A stretch of 64,000 nt of DNA from Frankiaceae bacterium (GTDB lineage Bacteria > Actinomycetota > Actinomycetes > BP-191): the NCBI GenBank assembly GCA_035940575.1, contig DASZER010000046.1:3439-67438 (forward strand), in the 5' to 3' direction. This document shows positions 1-9,414 of the stretch, piece after piece. A program made the position numbers and the translations under genes. How positions within the stretch are numbered: the stretch's first letter is position 1; every line of letters starts with the position of its first letter. Below the pieces are notes generated by a model. It made no database searches. It was not told the DNA's origin and saw only the letters and a list, made by a program, of their open reading frames with translations.

Positions 1-862
1 TCTTTCCGTCGATCGTCAGAGACGTTGATTCGCCGGGTTGGTTCGGAAGTTCGCTCTCTGATTCCCCTATGCGAAATTGCCACTGGACTTTACCAGACGC
101 TTTTGAAGGCACGACGGGCTTATCGTCCATTGTCAGGGCAAACGTGGGGTTCAGTGGCAATGCTGTCGAAAGGACCCAGCGCAAGCGGCCGCGTTGAATG
201 TTCTGGGCCGTCGGCCTCAGCCGGGTAAGGATGGCGGCCGTCCAATGCGCTGTGCCCCCGTTCGCAAACAGTTGCTTGAGCACTTGCGGGTCGCGGGCGC
301 TGTCCGGGAGAGCCCGCGTCAAGGTTTCCTGTGCTTCATCCCTCGTCAGCGACGCCACCGAAAGCGTTAGGTCCGCGGGTTGACTCATTGAGCCCTGGAC
401 GCGCTCATAGTCCATCGTCATCGCAAGGTACTCGTCGCCACGATGTACGACGTAGGTTAGCTCCCTAGCGAGGACATACGTTGCGAGCTTGCCAATTCCA
501 AACTTCCCGATGGGGAGTCGGCCGCGTATGGGCTCGGTGTCTCGCTTCGTAGATTCGCCGATCTGCCATAGGTCGCGCAGACCGGCCAGGTCCATCGACT
601 CGCCGTCGTCAACGACAACGATAGTCGCCGTCGGGGCAGCCAGGTCGCTAGACAGGTAGACCCACACCCGTTCGGCACCAGCATCATAGGAGTTGGATAC
701 CAACTCCTCGAACGTCTTATTGGGCGAACTATAGAGGCCCTCCGAGAACCGCTCGATGATGCGCAGCGAGATGCGGACCGTGACGGCATCAACCGCACGG
801 TCGCCGCCGTCGACGAAGCCAGCGACGGGGACCGCGGTCGACGTCGGCGGGGTCGCGGTCAC
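1..862 (-). CDS. GHKL / HSP90-like ATPase domain protein (HATPase_c_3, MORC-like); N-terminal 287 aa only, 3' end runs off the window
   Basis: Own translation of the minus strand (edge-truncated, so absent from the ORF track). GTG at 862 is preceded by GGAGG. Product VTATPP...RISLRIIERFSEGLYSSPNKTFEELVSNSYDAGAERVWVYL...IVVVDDGESMDLAGLRDLWQIGESTK...GRLPIGKFGIGKL carries the Bergerat-fold N-box (ExxxNxxDA), G1 (DDGxxM) and G2 (GxFGxG). No in-frame stop down to base 1. Confidence 0.75.
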   Translation of the reverse strand, partial: MTATPPTSTAVPVAGFVDGGDRAVDAVTVRISLRIIERFSEGLYSSPNKTFEELVSNSYDAGAERVWVYLSSDLAAPTATIVVVDDGESMDLAGLRDLWQIGESTKRDTEPIRGRLPIGKFGIGKLATYVLARELTYVVHRGDEYLAMTMDYERVQGSMSQPADLTLSVASLTRDEAQETLTRALPDSARDPQVLKQLFANGGTAHWTAAILTRLRPTAQNIQRGRLRWVLSTALPLNPTFALTMDDKPVVPSKASGKVQWQFRIGESESELPNQPGESTSLTIDGK

Positions 863-1307
863 CAGTCACCTCCAAGCGGTCTGTCCGCGCGAACGCAACG
901 GACGAAGCGTGCTAGACGATCAGCCTAGCCGGGCGGTGCGACAAGAACGCTTCGTGCCTCGGGTCAGATCGCGCCGTTGGCGCGTCGATGCATGCGCGCA
1001 ATCTCCTCGCAGCGTTGTCGGACTGATGTTGTGGGCCAGATGTGGGCCGGAGCCACGCGGCGCGACGGCGCGTAGGCGCACAGCACGGCCCTGACCTGCG
1101 GTTTCGTCCACAACTTGGCCGTGGCTGCTTGACCAGGGCTAGGTGAGGAACTGGATATGACCGACGCGGGGCCGCCGCGGCCCCTGCTCGCTCGGAGGCG
1201 TTTGCACAGGTCAGAGGCTAGATCACGTCCCGTCGGGTGTCGTCTCGTGCTATCGAGAGTGCCTGACGCCTGCCCACGCCCGGAGGTGAGCGATCAATAC
1301 GGCGACG

Positions 1308-1745
1308 ATGGCGGCTGTGGTCGCGGCCGTCATGGCAGTGCTGATGTTCGCGTACATGCTCGGCGAGCGACGACGAGAGGACCGGCCGCGTCTTCATGTC
1401 GCCGTCGGTGCCGACGGATCAGGCCTTGTCGTGTGGAACGTGGGGCCCGGGCACGCGACCGACGTCAATGTCGTCGTCTCGTACTCGGGCCACGACCTGC
1501 CGACCATCACACGGACCGAGCTCGACCAGCTCGTCGCGATCGCGCCGCAGGCTCTGATCGCGTTGCGCCTCCGACCATTCGGCGAGGAGCTGGCCCTTCA
1601 CCAGATCGAGTCGACGTTCTACGAGCTCGCCTTCGAGATCGCGTGCCGGGACGTCCGTGGTCGCCTACGTCGGTTCACGCAGTCGCTGGTCCTGCCGTTG
1701 CCGTCCCGCCCGCCTCACCCAGGAGGTGAGCCACGAGACCCGTGA
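1308..1745 (+). CDS. hypothetical protein with hydrophobic N-terminal anchor
   Basis: 145-aa ORF with hydrophobic N-terminus MAAVVAAVMAVLMFAYML, balanced composition and G/C-rich third positions. Its 3' end overlaps the convergent CDS 1675..2544 by 71 nt, so one of the two calls is uncertain. Confidence 0.45.
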   Translation: MAAVVAAVMAVLMFAYMLGERRREDRPRLHVAVGADGSGLVVWNVGPGHATDVNVVVSYSGHDLPTITRTELDQLVAIAPQALIALRLRPFGEELALHQIESTFYELAFEIACRDVRGRLRRFTQSLVLPLPSRPPHPGGEPRDP

Positions 1746-2544
1746 GCTCGCGGAGCGACAGCTGGTTCTCCTGGGCGAGCGCCGCGGCACGGTCGAGGTG
1801 CCGTTCCGCATCGGCGGGCCGGGAGCGGAGACACCAGCGCGCGGAGACGAGGTGCAGGTTGTAGTGCGCGGCGCCGTACACGGCCGCACCGGCGGGAAGC
1901 AGGAGGGCCTCGGCCTCCAAGACCAGTGACTCGATCCGCCCGTCGTCGCCACCGCTGTCCAGCAGGTGCCGTCCGAGATCGAGTCGGCGGACCGCCCGCA
2001 TCCCCGTGCTGTCGTACCTGTCGGACGCGACGATCAGCCGGTGCTCGTCGTACGCGGCGCACGCGGCGACCGCATCGCCCTCGCGGGCTGCCAGCTGCGC
2101 CTCCATCGTCCGCTGCTCGATCCGGAGGCGACCGTACGGCGAGCCGGCCAGGGCCGCGTTGCGCCGTACGAGGTACCGCGCGCTCCTCAATGGCCCGTGC
2201 TTGACGAAGGTCGACGCGACCGCGATGTCCAGCCGTCCCGCGCGGTACGCGAGGTTGTGCAGCCGCGTACGCGCGAAGAGTCGCCGCGCCGCCGCCGCGT
2301 ACGCGGCCGTCGCGGCGGGAGCCCCTTGATGCCGTGCGACACCGGCGATGTTCTCGTAGCCGACCGCCGCGACCTCCGTGACGACCTCCTCGCGCACGGC
2401 GCCTTTCGACGTCAGCACGTGCAGCGTTCGCAGGGCCTGTCTCGTCGTCGTATCGACGCGAGCGAGGTCGCGGCACACCCACAGGTCGACATTGGCGTCA
2501 CGAATCGCGCGAACCGCCTCGTCCACGGCCTTTCCGCTTCTCAT
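1675..2544 (-). CDS. hypothetical alpha-helical protein, downstream partner of the GT8 gene
   Basis: C-terminal 289 aa of ORF 1675..3084 (MRSGKAVDEAVRAIRDANVDLW...). ATG at 2544 lies 1 nt after the GT8 stop (2546-2548). The upstream part of the long ORF is a Ser/Thr/Cys/Arg-rich shadow frame. Confidence 0.55.
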   Translation of the reverse strand: MRSGKAVDEAVRAIRDANVDLWVCRDLARVDTTTRQALRTLHVLTSKGAVREEVVTEVAAVGYENIAGVARHQGAPAATAAYAAAARRLFARTRLHNLAYRAGRLDIAVASTFVKHGPLRSARYLVRRNAALAGSPYGRLRIEQRTMEAQLAAREGDAVAACAAYDEHRLIVASDRYDSTGMRAVRRLDLGRHLLDSGGDDGRIESLVLEAEALLLPAGAAVYGAAHYNLHLVSARWCLRSRPADAERHLDRAAALAQENQLSLRELTGLVAHLLGEAGGTATAGPATA

Positions 2545-2545
2545 C

Positions 2546-3229
2546 TCACCAGCTCCCGCGAGGCGTCGGAACGTCGCTCTCCTGGACCGCGGCACCCGCC
2601 AGCGAGGCAAGCGTTCGGTGCGCCTGGTCGATACCGCGCGTGAAGTGGGCGAGTACGACGTGGTCGTGGGCACGACGGCCGTAGTGGAGAAAGTTGTACC
2701 GCTGCGGCAGCCAGCGAATCCTGACCGCACCGCGATGAGCCGCCACGTTGAGCAGCGACTGGTCGAGCAGCCGGAACTCCTGCGGCGCGTCGCGCCACAG
2801 CGCGCGTGCGTAGCGGAACATCCCGGCGTGTGCGGCACGGTTCGCGATGAACATCCCCGCGTTGAAGTACCGGACCCGTGGCACGCCGAGACCGTGCTCC
2901 CGATCGCCGATGAACCTGTCGCGAACGGCCACCAGCGCCGGCTCGTCGAGCAGCTGCGCCAAGTCCCACTCCCGGAGCACGACCACGTCCGGGTCGAAGA
3001 AGACGATCCGATCGCTGCCGACGATGTCGAACAGGTACAGCTTCGCGAGGGTGGGGTGGGCCAGCTCGATTCCCCTGACGTCACGGTCGTCGAGAACCCG
3101 GGTGCGTACGCGTGTCATCTGCTCGAATCGCGCCGCCGCCATCTCGGCGGTGTTCCGGTAGCGCCCGATTCCCAGAGTTACCGCGACGACCGAAGAGTCC
3201 ACGTGAGCCCCGTTCACGAGGGCGCACAT
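2546..3229 (-). CDS. glycosyltransferase family 8 (LPS galactosyl/glucosyltransferase-like)
   Basis: ORF 2546..3316 with internal ATG at 3229 (MCALVNGAHVDSSVVAVTLG...). GT8-type motifs are DRIVFFDPDVVVL (DxD region) and VRYFNAGMFIANR. Start chosen so the gene does not overlap the MFS gene. Confidence 0.7.
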   Translation of the reverse strand: MCALVNGAHVDSSVVAVTLGIGRYRNTAEMAAARFEQMTRVRTRVLDDRDVRGIELAHPTLAKLYLFDIVGSDRIVFFDPDVVVLREWDLAQLLDEPALVAVRDRFIGDREHGLGVPRVRYFNAGMFIANRAAHAGMFRYARALWRDAPQEFRLLDQSLLNVAAHRGAVRIRWLPQRYNFLHYGRRAHDHVVLAHFTRGIDQAHRTLASLAGAAVQESDVPTPRGSW

Positions 3230-3281
3230 GGCGCCGCACGTTCTCCCGATTATGTGGCCGGTCCGCAGGGGCGACAACAGG

Positions 3282-4487
3282 TCATCCGGAGACGCCGCGG
3301 GAGAGCGCGGCGACAACGGCGAGTGATGCCGCCGCGGCTGCGAGGCCGCCCGTGAGGAGAACGGCTGCGACGCCCGCTGAGGCGGCCAGTGCGCCTACGG
3401 CGGCGATGCCGACGGGCAGGAGGCTCCCGCTCACGAGCCAGTCGACGGAGGAGACGCGGCCTAGGAGGTTGGGCGGGACGTTCTCCTGGAGGGCGGACGT
3501 CCAGTAGACGTTGCCGAGCTCCAGGAGGAAGCCGGCCGCGGCGAGGGCCGAGGCGGCCAGGACGAGGGACGAGACAAGACCGAGGGCGGCGACGGACGCG
3601 CCGGCCACGGCGAACGACACGTGCGTCGCGACGACGAGGCGGCGGGGCGTTCGCGACGACGCGGCGACGACCGCCGCGACGGCGCCGCCGACGCCCTCCA
3701 CCGCGAGCAGGAGACCCAGTGCGCGGGCGCCGAGGCCGAGGTGCGAACGCACGTACACGGGAACGAGCACGGCGAGCGGAGCGCTGACGCCGAGGTTCAG
3801 CACGGCGAACGACGCGAGCGAGATACGCAGCCAACGCCGCCGAGCGCAGAACGCCACCCCCTCGCGCAGCCCCTCGAACGCCGAGGCCGACGCGCCGACG
3901 GGGCGGCGCGCGACGCGCAGCAGCGAGAGGCACGCCGCGCTGACCAGGAACGACACGGCGTCGGCGGCGAAGGCGGGCGCGGTGCCGTACGACGCCACGA
4001 GCAGGCCGCCGAGCGCGGGTCCCGCGAGGCGGCCGGCGGTGAGCTTGCCGATGGTGTTGAGCGAGTTCGCCCGCACGAGCAGGTCGCGCGGGACGACGTC
4101 GGGCAGCAACGCCGCCGACGCCGGAAGGAAGAAGCCGGACGCCGCGCCGGCGACGGCGCCGGCCAGGGCGAGGTGCCAGACGCGCAGCACGTCGAGCGTC
4201 GCGAGCAGGGCGACGCCGCCAACGGCAACGGCCTGGACGAGGTCGCAGACGACGAGGGTGGCGCGGCGCGAACGCCGGTCGCTGACGACGCCACCGGCGA
4301 GCAGCAGCGCGGTCGACGGTACGAACGTCGCGACGAGCACGAGGGACAGCGCGCGCGACCCGCCGAGCGACAGCGCCTCCCACGCGAGGGCGACGGTGAA
4401 CACGCCGTTGCCGACGAGGGAGACGGTCTGGCCGGCCCACAGGAGCGCGAAGCTCCTGACGCGCAACGGCGCGAGGGCGCGGGTCAT
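3282..4487 (-). CDS. MFS transporter (EntS/MFS_3-like)
   Basis: 401 aa beginning MTRALAPLRVRSFALLWAGQTVSLVGNG. About 12 hydrophobic segments, with the typical DRRSRR loop after TM2. Confidence 0.8.
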   Translation of the reverse strand: MTRALAPLRVRSFALLWAGQTVSLVGNGVFTVALAWEALSLGGSRALSLVLVATFVPSTALLLAGGVVSDRRSRRATLVVCDLVQAVAVGGVALLATLDVLRVWHLALAGAVAGAASGFFLPASAALLPDVVPRDLLVRANSLNTIGKLTAGRLAGPALGGLLVASYGTAPAFAADAVSFLVSAACLSLLRVARRPVGASASAFEGLREGVAFCARRRWLRISLASFAVLNLGVSAPLAVLVPVYVRSHLGLGARALGLLLAVEGVGGAVAAVVAASSRTPRRLVVATHVSFAVAGASVAALGLVSSLVLAASALAAAGFLLELGNVYWTSALQENVPPNLLGRVSSVDWLVSGSLLPVGIAAVGALAASAGVAAVLLTGGLAAAAASLAVVAALSRGVSG

Positions 4488-4547
4488 GCGACAAGGGGTA
4501 CCACCGCGAAAGGCGGAGGGAGCGCGCGTTCGCCGAGGGCGGAAGCG

Positions 4548-5963
4548 CTAGCGGCGCGGGACCTTCACGCCGGGCGAACGGTTGTCGACCGAGAGGCGCT
4601 TCTTCGACGCGAGCCAGTCGGTGAGCTCGGCGTACGCGAGCAGCGCGCCCGTCCACTCCTCGCGGCCGAAGTAGCCGTCCTCGGACATCGGGCCGTACGT
4701 CTGCCCGGTCGTGAACCGCGCCTGCATCCTGCGCGTGTGCCCGAGGTGCAACGCCGCCCACTTGCGGGCCGGCACGCGGAAGCCGCGGTCGAGGCCGAGG
4801 GCCGACATCTGCAGGTCGAACACGCCGTACACGACCTGCCTGTCGGTGCCCCAGTCGGCACCCATGGGGTAGTAGATGGCGCTGCTGTTGGGGCGGTACA
4901 CGGTGCCGCCCGGCGCGGCCCAGCCGCGGCCGAACTGGTGCGAGGTGAGGGCGCCGTACGTCGCGCGGTGACCGTGCACGGCGACGGCGGGAACGCCCTC
5001 CCCGACGAGGCCGGACACGACGGCGGCGTGCAGCGACATGGAGGCGGTGTAGTCCGGGCTGATGCGGCCATGGTTGACGACGACGCCGCTCGGCTCGACG
5101 TTGCTGCCGCCGAGCCAGCGCGAGAGCGGGCGGGCGTTGAGGACGACGTTCGACGTGACGTCGGCGGGACGCGCGTACGCCGCCGCGAAGCGCCGGTACG
5201 CGTGGTCGGCCCAGAACGTGCGCCGCGGGTGGCTCGGCATCAGCTCGACGGCCGTGAACAGCGCGAGCGCCTCCCAGGCCATCTCCTCCGAGCCGGAGTC
5301 GCCGTGGCTGACGATGGCGCCGGCGCGGTTGCGCAGGTACTTCACGGGCTTGCTCGTGACGTAGTCGGCCTCGACCTCGAGCATCCGCGCGAGCAGGACC
5401 TGGTCGGGGACGGGCAGCGCGGGGCCGACGAGCCAGCCGGCGAGCGCGGCCTGCGACGCCCACAGCGGCGACTGCCACGACTCACCCCAGCCCGAGCGGC
5501 CGAGGACGCCGGTGTGGGTGCGTACGAGCATCTGCACGAGCAGCACGGCGCGGTCGGTGGCGGTGGAGGCCGGAACGCCGGTGGCGCGGTAGTCGTACGT
5601 CCGCGTCGCGAGCGGCGCGGCGATCGACAGCGCGACGGAGGCGTAGCGGCGGACGTCCTCGGAGTTGATGGTGCCGCGGTGCTGCAGGCGGTCGGCCGAC
5701 CGCTGGTACGGCGTGAGCGACGTGACGCGCTCGTTCCACCAGGTGTTGAGGAAGTAGCGGTTGGCGTTGCCGAGGGCGCCGCGGACGGTCCTGGTGACGT
5801 CGTCGAGCGCGGCGACGCGGGTCATGGTGGGCACCTCGGCGAGCGCGAGGTCGCTCAGCGGCGGGGGCCCGCTCGTGACGCCGCCCACGCCTGCGCCGGC
5901 CGGGGCGGCTACCAGCGCGGCGGCACACACGACGGCACTCACGACAGCACGTACGGAACGCAT
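4548..5963 (-). CDS. secreted hypothetical protein
   Basis: C-terminal 471 aa of ORF 4548..6794. ATG at 5963 is preceded by GGGAGGGAG. Signal peptide MRSVRAVVSAVVCAAALVAAPAGAG. The upstream part of the ORF is an Arg/Pro-rich shadow frame. Confidence 0.7.
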   Translation of the reverse strand: MRSVRAVVSAVVCAAALVAAPAGAGVGGVTSGPPPLSDLALAEVPTMTRVAALDDVTRTVRGALGNANRYFLNTWWNERVTSLTPYQRSADRLQHRGTINSEDVRRYASVALSIAAPLATRTYDYRATGVPASTATDRAVLLVQMLVRTHTGVLGRSGWGESWQSPLWASQAALAGWLVGPALPVPDQVLLARMLEVEADYVTSKPVKYLRNRAGAIVSHGDSGSEEMAWEALALFTAVELMPSHPRRTFWADHAYRRFAAAYARPADVTSNVVLNARPLSRWLGGSNVEPSGVVVNHGRISPDYTASMSLHAAVVSGLVGEGVPAVAVHGHRATYGALTSHQFGRGWAAPGGTVYRPNSSAIYYPMGADWGTDRQVVYGVFDLQMSALGLDRGFRVPARKWAALHLGHTRRMQARFTTGQTYGPMSEDGYFGREEWTGALLAYAELTDWLASKKRLSVDNRSPGVKVPRR

Positions 5964-6115
5964 GACTCCCTCCCTGCGGACGTCAACGAGCGGCCCCAGG
6001 GACGGTGGCGGTCGTGCCGCGGGTTCGTTCCGATCCAACAGGAACGAACCCGCCCAAAGCCAGTCGACCCGCCCGCCGGCGAGTGCGGCGAGCGGGTCGA
6101 TCGGGCGGACGAGGG

Positions 6116-6877
6116 CTAGAAGTTGGCGCCGAGGTAGGTGTTGCCACAGCGGTTCACCTGGACGTTCGTGAACTGCTTCGTGACGCCGTTCTTGGTGATG
6201 CGCACGACGTAGACCTGGCCGGCCTGGAGGTTCGGGATCCGGTAGTAGCCGTCGTCGCGGCCGAAGCCCATGTTCCAGCCGAGGATCGGGCTGAGGTTGT
6301 TGTTGTCGCCGGCCATGGACCACGCGACGGCGCGGTCGACCTTGGTACGGACGCCGCGCACCGTCGCCCACCCGTGGATGCCGCCGGTCGTGCCGCCGGA
6401 GACGCCGCAGACGAGCGGCAGCGCCATGCGGATCGTGTATGCGTACGGCAGCGTGATGCGCGTACGCAGCGCGTGGCCGTACCTGCTCTGGTTGTCGCCG
6501 GTGTTGCCGGGACCCTTGGAGTACGCCTCGACGAACAGCTTCGCGGCGTTGACGGGGACGACGACGCGCCACGACTTCGAGCCGCTGGTCGCGCCGGTGG
6601 CGGCGACCGTGGGGTTGAGGCGCAGGGTCTGGCTGTACGCCCCGGTGAAGGGGCAGCCCCACGTCGACGAGCCCGGGCGGGCGTCGATCTTGCGGCCGTA
6701 CCTGTCGTGGACGTCGAAGCCGAGCATGGTGTCGACGACACGGCCGTCGGCACCCTGGATGTGGCCGTAGTAGGTACGGCTGTTGCCGACGCACGGGGCG
6801 GCGTGCGCGGACGGAGTCGCAAGGAACGGCGCGACCACGGTCGTGAGCGCGCAGACGAGGAAGAGGCGGAAACGCAT
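6116..6877 (-). CDS. secreted hypothetical protein
   Basis: 253 aa with signal peptide MRFRLFLVCALTTVVAPFLATPSAHA. Gly/Thr/Asn-rich, beta-type composition. Confidence 0.7.
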   Translation of the reverse strand: MRFRLFLVCALTTVVAPFLATPSAHAAPCVGNSRTYYGHIQGADGRVVDTMLGFDVHDRYGRKIDARPGSSTWGCPFTGAYSQTLRLNPTVAATGATSGSKSWRVVVPVNAAKLFVEAYSKGPGNTGDNQSRYGHALRTRITLPYAYTIRMALPLVCGVSGGTTGGIHGWATVRGVRTKVDRAVAWSMAGDNNNLSPILGWNMGFGRDDGYYRIPNLQAGQVYVVRITKNGVTKQFTNVQVNRCGNTYLGANF

Positions 6878-6947
6878 GGGTCCAGTGTCGGAGACTTCGG
6901 GCGCCTCGTTGAGTGCCGAGCGGGTGACTGTTGGCGACGGAGAGCGA

Positions 6948-7913
6948 CTAGGAAGTCACCGCGCGGCGGACGCGAAACGGGGCGAGATGGGAATAACCGC
7001 GCACGCTCTGCCGCCGCAGCGGGGACACCTCGAACGCCGCGTCGTCGCGTAGCGCGGAGGCCGCGCCGCGGTCGAGCAGGACGGTCCCGGGACGGGCCAG
7101 CGCGGTGAGCCTGCTGGCGATGTTCACGGTCGGGCCGAACACGTCGCCGAGCCTCGGCACGACCGGCCCGAACGCCACCCCGACCCGCACCTCGACGCCC
7201 GTCGCCTCGGGCGTCCGCTCCGCCAGGTCGAGGCCGAGGCGTACGGCGCCGTGGACGTCGTCGGCGACGAACAGCACCTCGTCGCCGAGCGTCTTCACGA
7301 CCCGCCCGCCGACGTCGCCGACGAGGTGCGCGGCCAGGTGCTCGAACGTCTCGACCAGCGCCGACAGCTCCTCCGGCGTCATCGACCGCGACGTCTCGGT
7401 GAAGCCGACGAGGTCCGCGAAGCCGACCGCCGTCTCGACGCTCGCGGCCGGCGCGGCCGTGAACGCCGACTCCGCCGCGACCGCGAGGTGCCTGCGCCAG
7501 ACGTACTCCAGCAGCGAGGCGACGTCGTCGAGCAACGTCTCCGCCGCCGTGTGCACGGCCTCGTCGGCGAGCGGGTCCAACGGCGCCGCGAGGCCGCCGA
7601 GGTACGACGCCGCGATCGACGCGTGCGAGTGCGCGAGCCGCGAGAGCGCCTGCGCCATCGTGCGCGTCAACGCCAGCAGCCCCGCCTCGTCGACGACGCC
7701 GAGCTCGCGCAGCAGCGACGCCGTACGCAGCGCGCGCACGTCGCGCTCGCTGAACACGCGGTCGCCGTCGCGCACCTCCGCGAAGCCCATGGCGCGCCAC
7801 AGGGCGACCGCGCTGTCGACCTCGACGCCGGCCGCGGCCGCGGTCTCGGCGCGGGTGTAGGCGGCGTCGCCGACGACGATCGCGCCGATCTCGCCGGCCA
7901 TGTCCTCGGTCAC
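6948..7913 (-). CDS. class III adenylate/guanylate cyclase
   Basis: 321 aa. The C-terminal catalytic domain reads AVGFADLVGFTETS...GGRVVKTLGDEVLFVADD...RVGVAFGPVVPRLGDVFGPTVNIASRL. Confidence 0.8.
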   Translation of the reverse strand: MTEDMAGEIGAIVVGDAAYTRAETAAAAGVEVDSAVALWRAMGFAEVRDGDRVFSERDVRALRTASLLRELGVVDEAGLLALTRTMAQALSRLAHSHASIAASYLGGLAAPLDPLADEAVHTAAETLLDDVASLLEYVWRRHLAVAAESAFTAAPAASVETAVGFADLVGFTETSRSMTPEELSALVETFEHLAAHLVGDVGGRVVKTLGDEVLFVADDVHGAVRLGLDLAERTPEATGVEVRVGVAFGPVVPRLGDVFGPTVNIASRLTALARPGTVLLDRGAASALRDDAAFEVSPLRRQSVRGYSHLAPFRVRRAVTS

Positions 7914-8044
7914 GACGGCACTCTCCCGCCTTTGGCGGAGACGCGCGACACGTCAAACGGGCTGTTTGACCGACCGATACGTATTGGGAGTAGTTTTCCG
8001 CGAGGTCACGGGGGACGTGACACCGTCACGAACGGGGGCGCGCG

Positions 8045-8494
8045 ATGACGCGCAGGCATGCCGCGGCGATGGCCGCATCGATCCTTCTCACGCTGGCGAC
8101 GGGGTCCGCGCACGCGGACACCGGGGTCGGGGCGGGCGCGACGCCCGCGAACCGCTGCGGCGGATCCCACTGCTGGGCGGGCGTGAACACCGTCAACGCG
8201 TACCCGCTGCCGCGCTCCGGCGCGGTCCTGGTCGTCTGGAACTGCCAGGCGACGTCGACGCCCGACGCGACGCTCACCTCCATCACGGAGTGCTCTTTCG
8301 GGGACTACGACGCGCCGGCGGTGACGGTGCCCGGCGGCTACGCGGCCACGGCGTCGTGGGCGATCGTGCCGACGCCGTTCGACGTCGAGGCCTGCGTCGG
8401 CGGCTTCGGCGTCTTCGCGGAGAACGCCGTCGGGGACCACGTCGTCAACGCCGCCGCCTGCAAGCGGATCGTCGCGGCCGACCTCCCGCTGTGA
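8045..8494 (+). CDS. small secreted Cys-containing protein
   Basis: 149 aa with signal peptide MTRRHAAAMAASILLTLATGSAHA and 6 Cys in the mature part. Its stop overlaps the next start (GTGA). Confidence 0.6.
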   Translation: MTRRHAAAMAASILLTLATGSAHADTGVGAGATPANRCGGSHCWAGVNTVNAYPLPRSGAVLVVWNCQATSTPDATLTSITECSFGDYDAPAVTVPGGYAATASWAIVPTPFDVEACVGGFGVFAENAVGDHVVNAAACKRIVAADLPL

Positions 8495-9414
8495 GGACGC
8501 GGCTCGCGCTCGCGCTGGCGACGCTCGCGGCCGCAACGGTCGCCGCTCCGGCCGCCCACGCCGCACCGGCGGCGTACGGCACCACGACGTTCGGCAGCAC
8601 GAACGGCGGCACGACGACGTTCGTGCTGCCGCGCGCGTCGACGTTCCACCTCGGCACGTCGATGCGGATGCCGGAGGTGTCGGTCATCGGAGGCGGTCGC
8701 ATCGCGGGCATCGTGATCGCCGCCGAGGGCGCGACGCTCGAGCGCGGAGCGGTCCTCTACGCCTTCCGGTTCAACTGGTGCTGGTCGCGCGGCTGCGAGA
8801 CGCCGCGCGACACGAAGCTCCCACCGGCGTCGTACGCCGGCACGCTGCACGCCGGCGAGGTGCACCGCGACGACGGCGTGACGGTGGCGACGCTGCCCGC
8901 GGGCCGGTACACCGCGCACGTCGTCGCGGACGGCGCGCCGGCGACGGTGACCGTGCGGTTCGACGGCGCGCGGGGACGCGGGCGCCTCGGTGCGTCGCGG
9001 CCGCTCGGCACGACGTTCGCCACGGCGGAGTCGACGCTGCCCGACCACGGCGCGCTGCCGGTGTCGGCGTACTCGGCGGGCGGCACCGCGAGGGTACGCA
9101 GCCCGATCGGCGTGCTCCTGTCGATGAACGAGGCACGCCTGCGAGGCAACGTCACCGACGCCGAGGGCACGTGTCTCTACGAGAACAGCGGGCCGCCGAA
9201 CGGCGTGTTCGGGCCCGGGTGCCCGGGCGGGCAGGCGTCGCCGCTGTTCGTCCTCAACGGCTTCCTGAGCTTCCACGTCGGGTCCGCGACGATCGCGCTC
9301 GTGCGCGGCGAGCGCGACGGCGTCGAGTGGACGCAGGGCGCGTACCGCACCGGCGTCCACGAGGACGAGTGGCTGTCGCCGACCGTCCTGCTGTGGGTTG
9401 AGGCGGGCGGCTAG
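8491..9414 (+). CDS. secreted hypothetical protein
   Basis: C-terminal 307 aa of ORF 7900..9414. GTG at 8491 overlaps the upstream stop. Signal peptide VRTRLALALATLAAATVAAPAAHA. Confidence 0.6.
   Translation: MRTRLALALATLAAATVAAPAAHAAPAAYGTTTFGSTNGGTTTFVLPRASTFHLGTSMRMPEVSVIGGGRIAGIVIAAEGATLERGAVLYAFRFNWCWSRGCETPRDTKLPPASYAGTLHAGEVHRDDGVTVATLPAGRYTAHVVADGAPATVTVRFDGARGRGRLGASRPLGTTFATAESTLPDHGALPVSAYSAGGTARVRSPIGVLLSMNEARLRGNVTDAEGTCLYENSGPPNGVFGPGCPGGQASPLFVLNGFLSFHVGSATIALVRGERDGVEWTQGAYRTGVHEDEWLSPTVLLWVEAGG

Noticed and set aside
966-1230. Minus-strand reading frame ending ...AKLWTKPQVRAVLCAYAPSRRVAPAHIWPTTSVRQRCEEIARMHRRANGAI*
   Set aside because: It has no start codon giving a sizeable protein and no family I recognise. 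It may be a gene remnant in the low-GC edge, but I cannot support calling it a pseudogene.
3250-6119. Long ORFs 3250..5478 (-) of 742 aa and 3621..6119 (+) of 832 aa
   Set aside because: Both are extremely Arg/Pro/Gly/Ala-rich (runs of RRRR). They overlap the well-supported MFS transporter and secreted-protein frames and are high-GC shadow frames.
8016-8030. CRP/cAMP-receptor binding site next to the adenylate cyclase gene
   Set aside because: GTGA-N5-TCAC has the wrong spacing compared with the TGTGA-N6-TCACA consensus, and the flanking T/A positions are missing. It is reported only as a generic palindrome.
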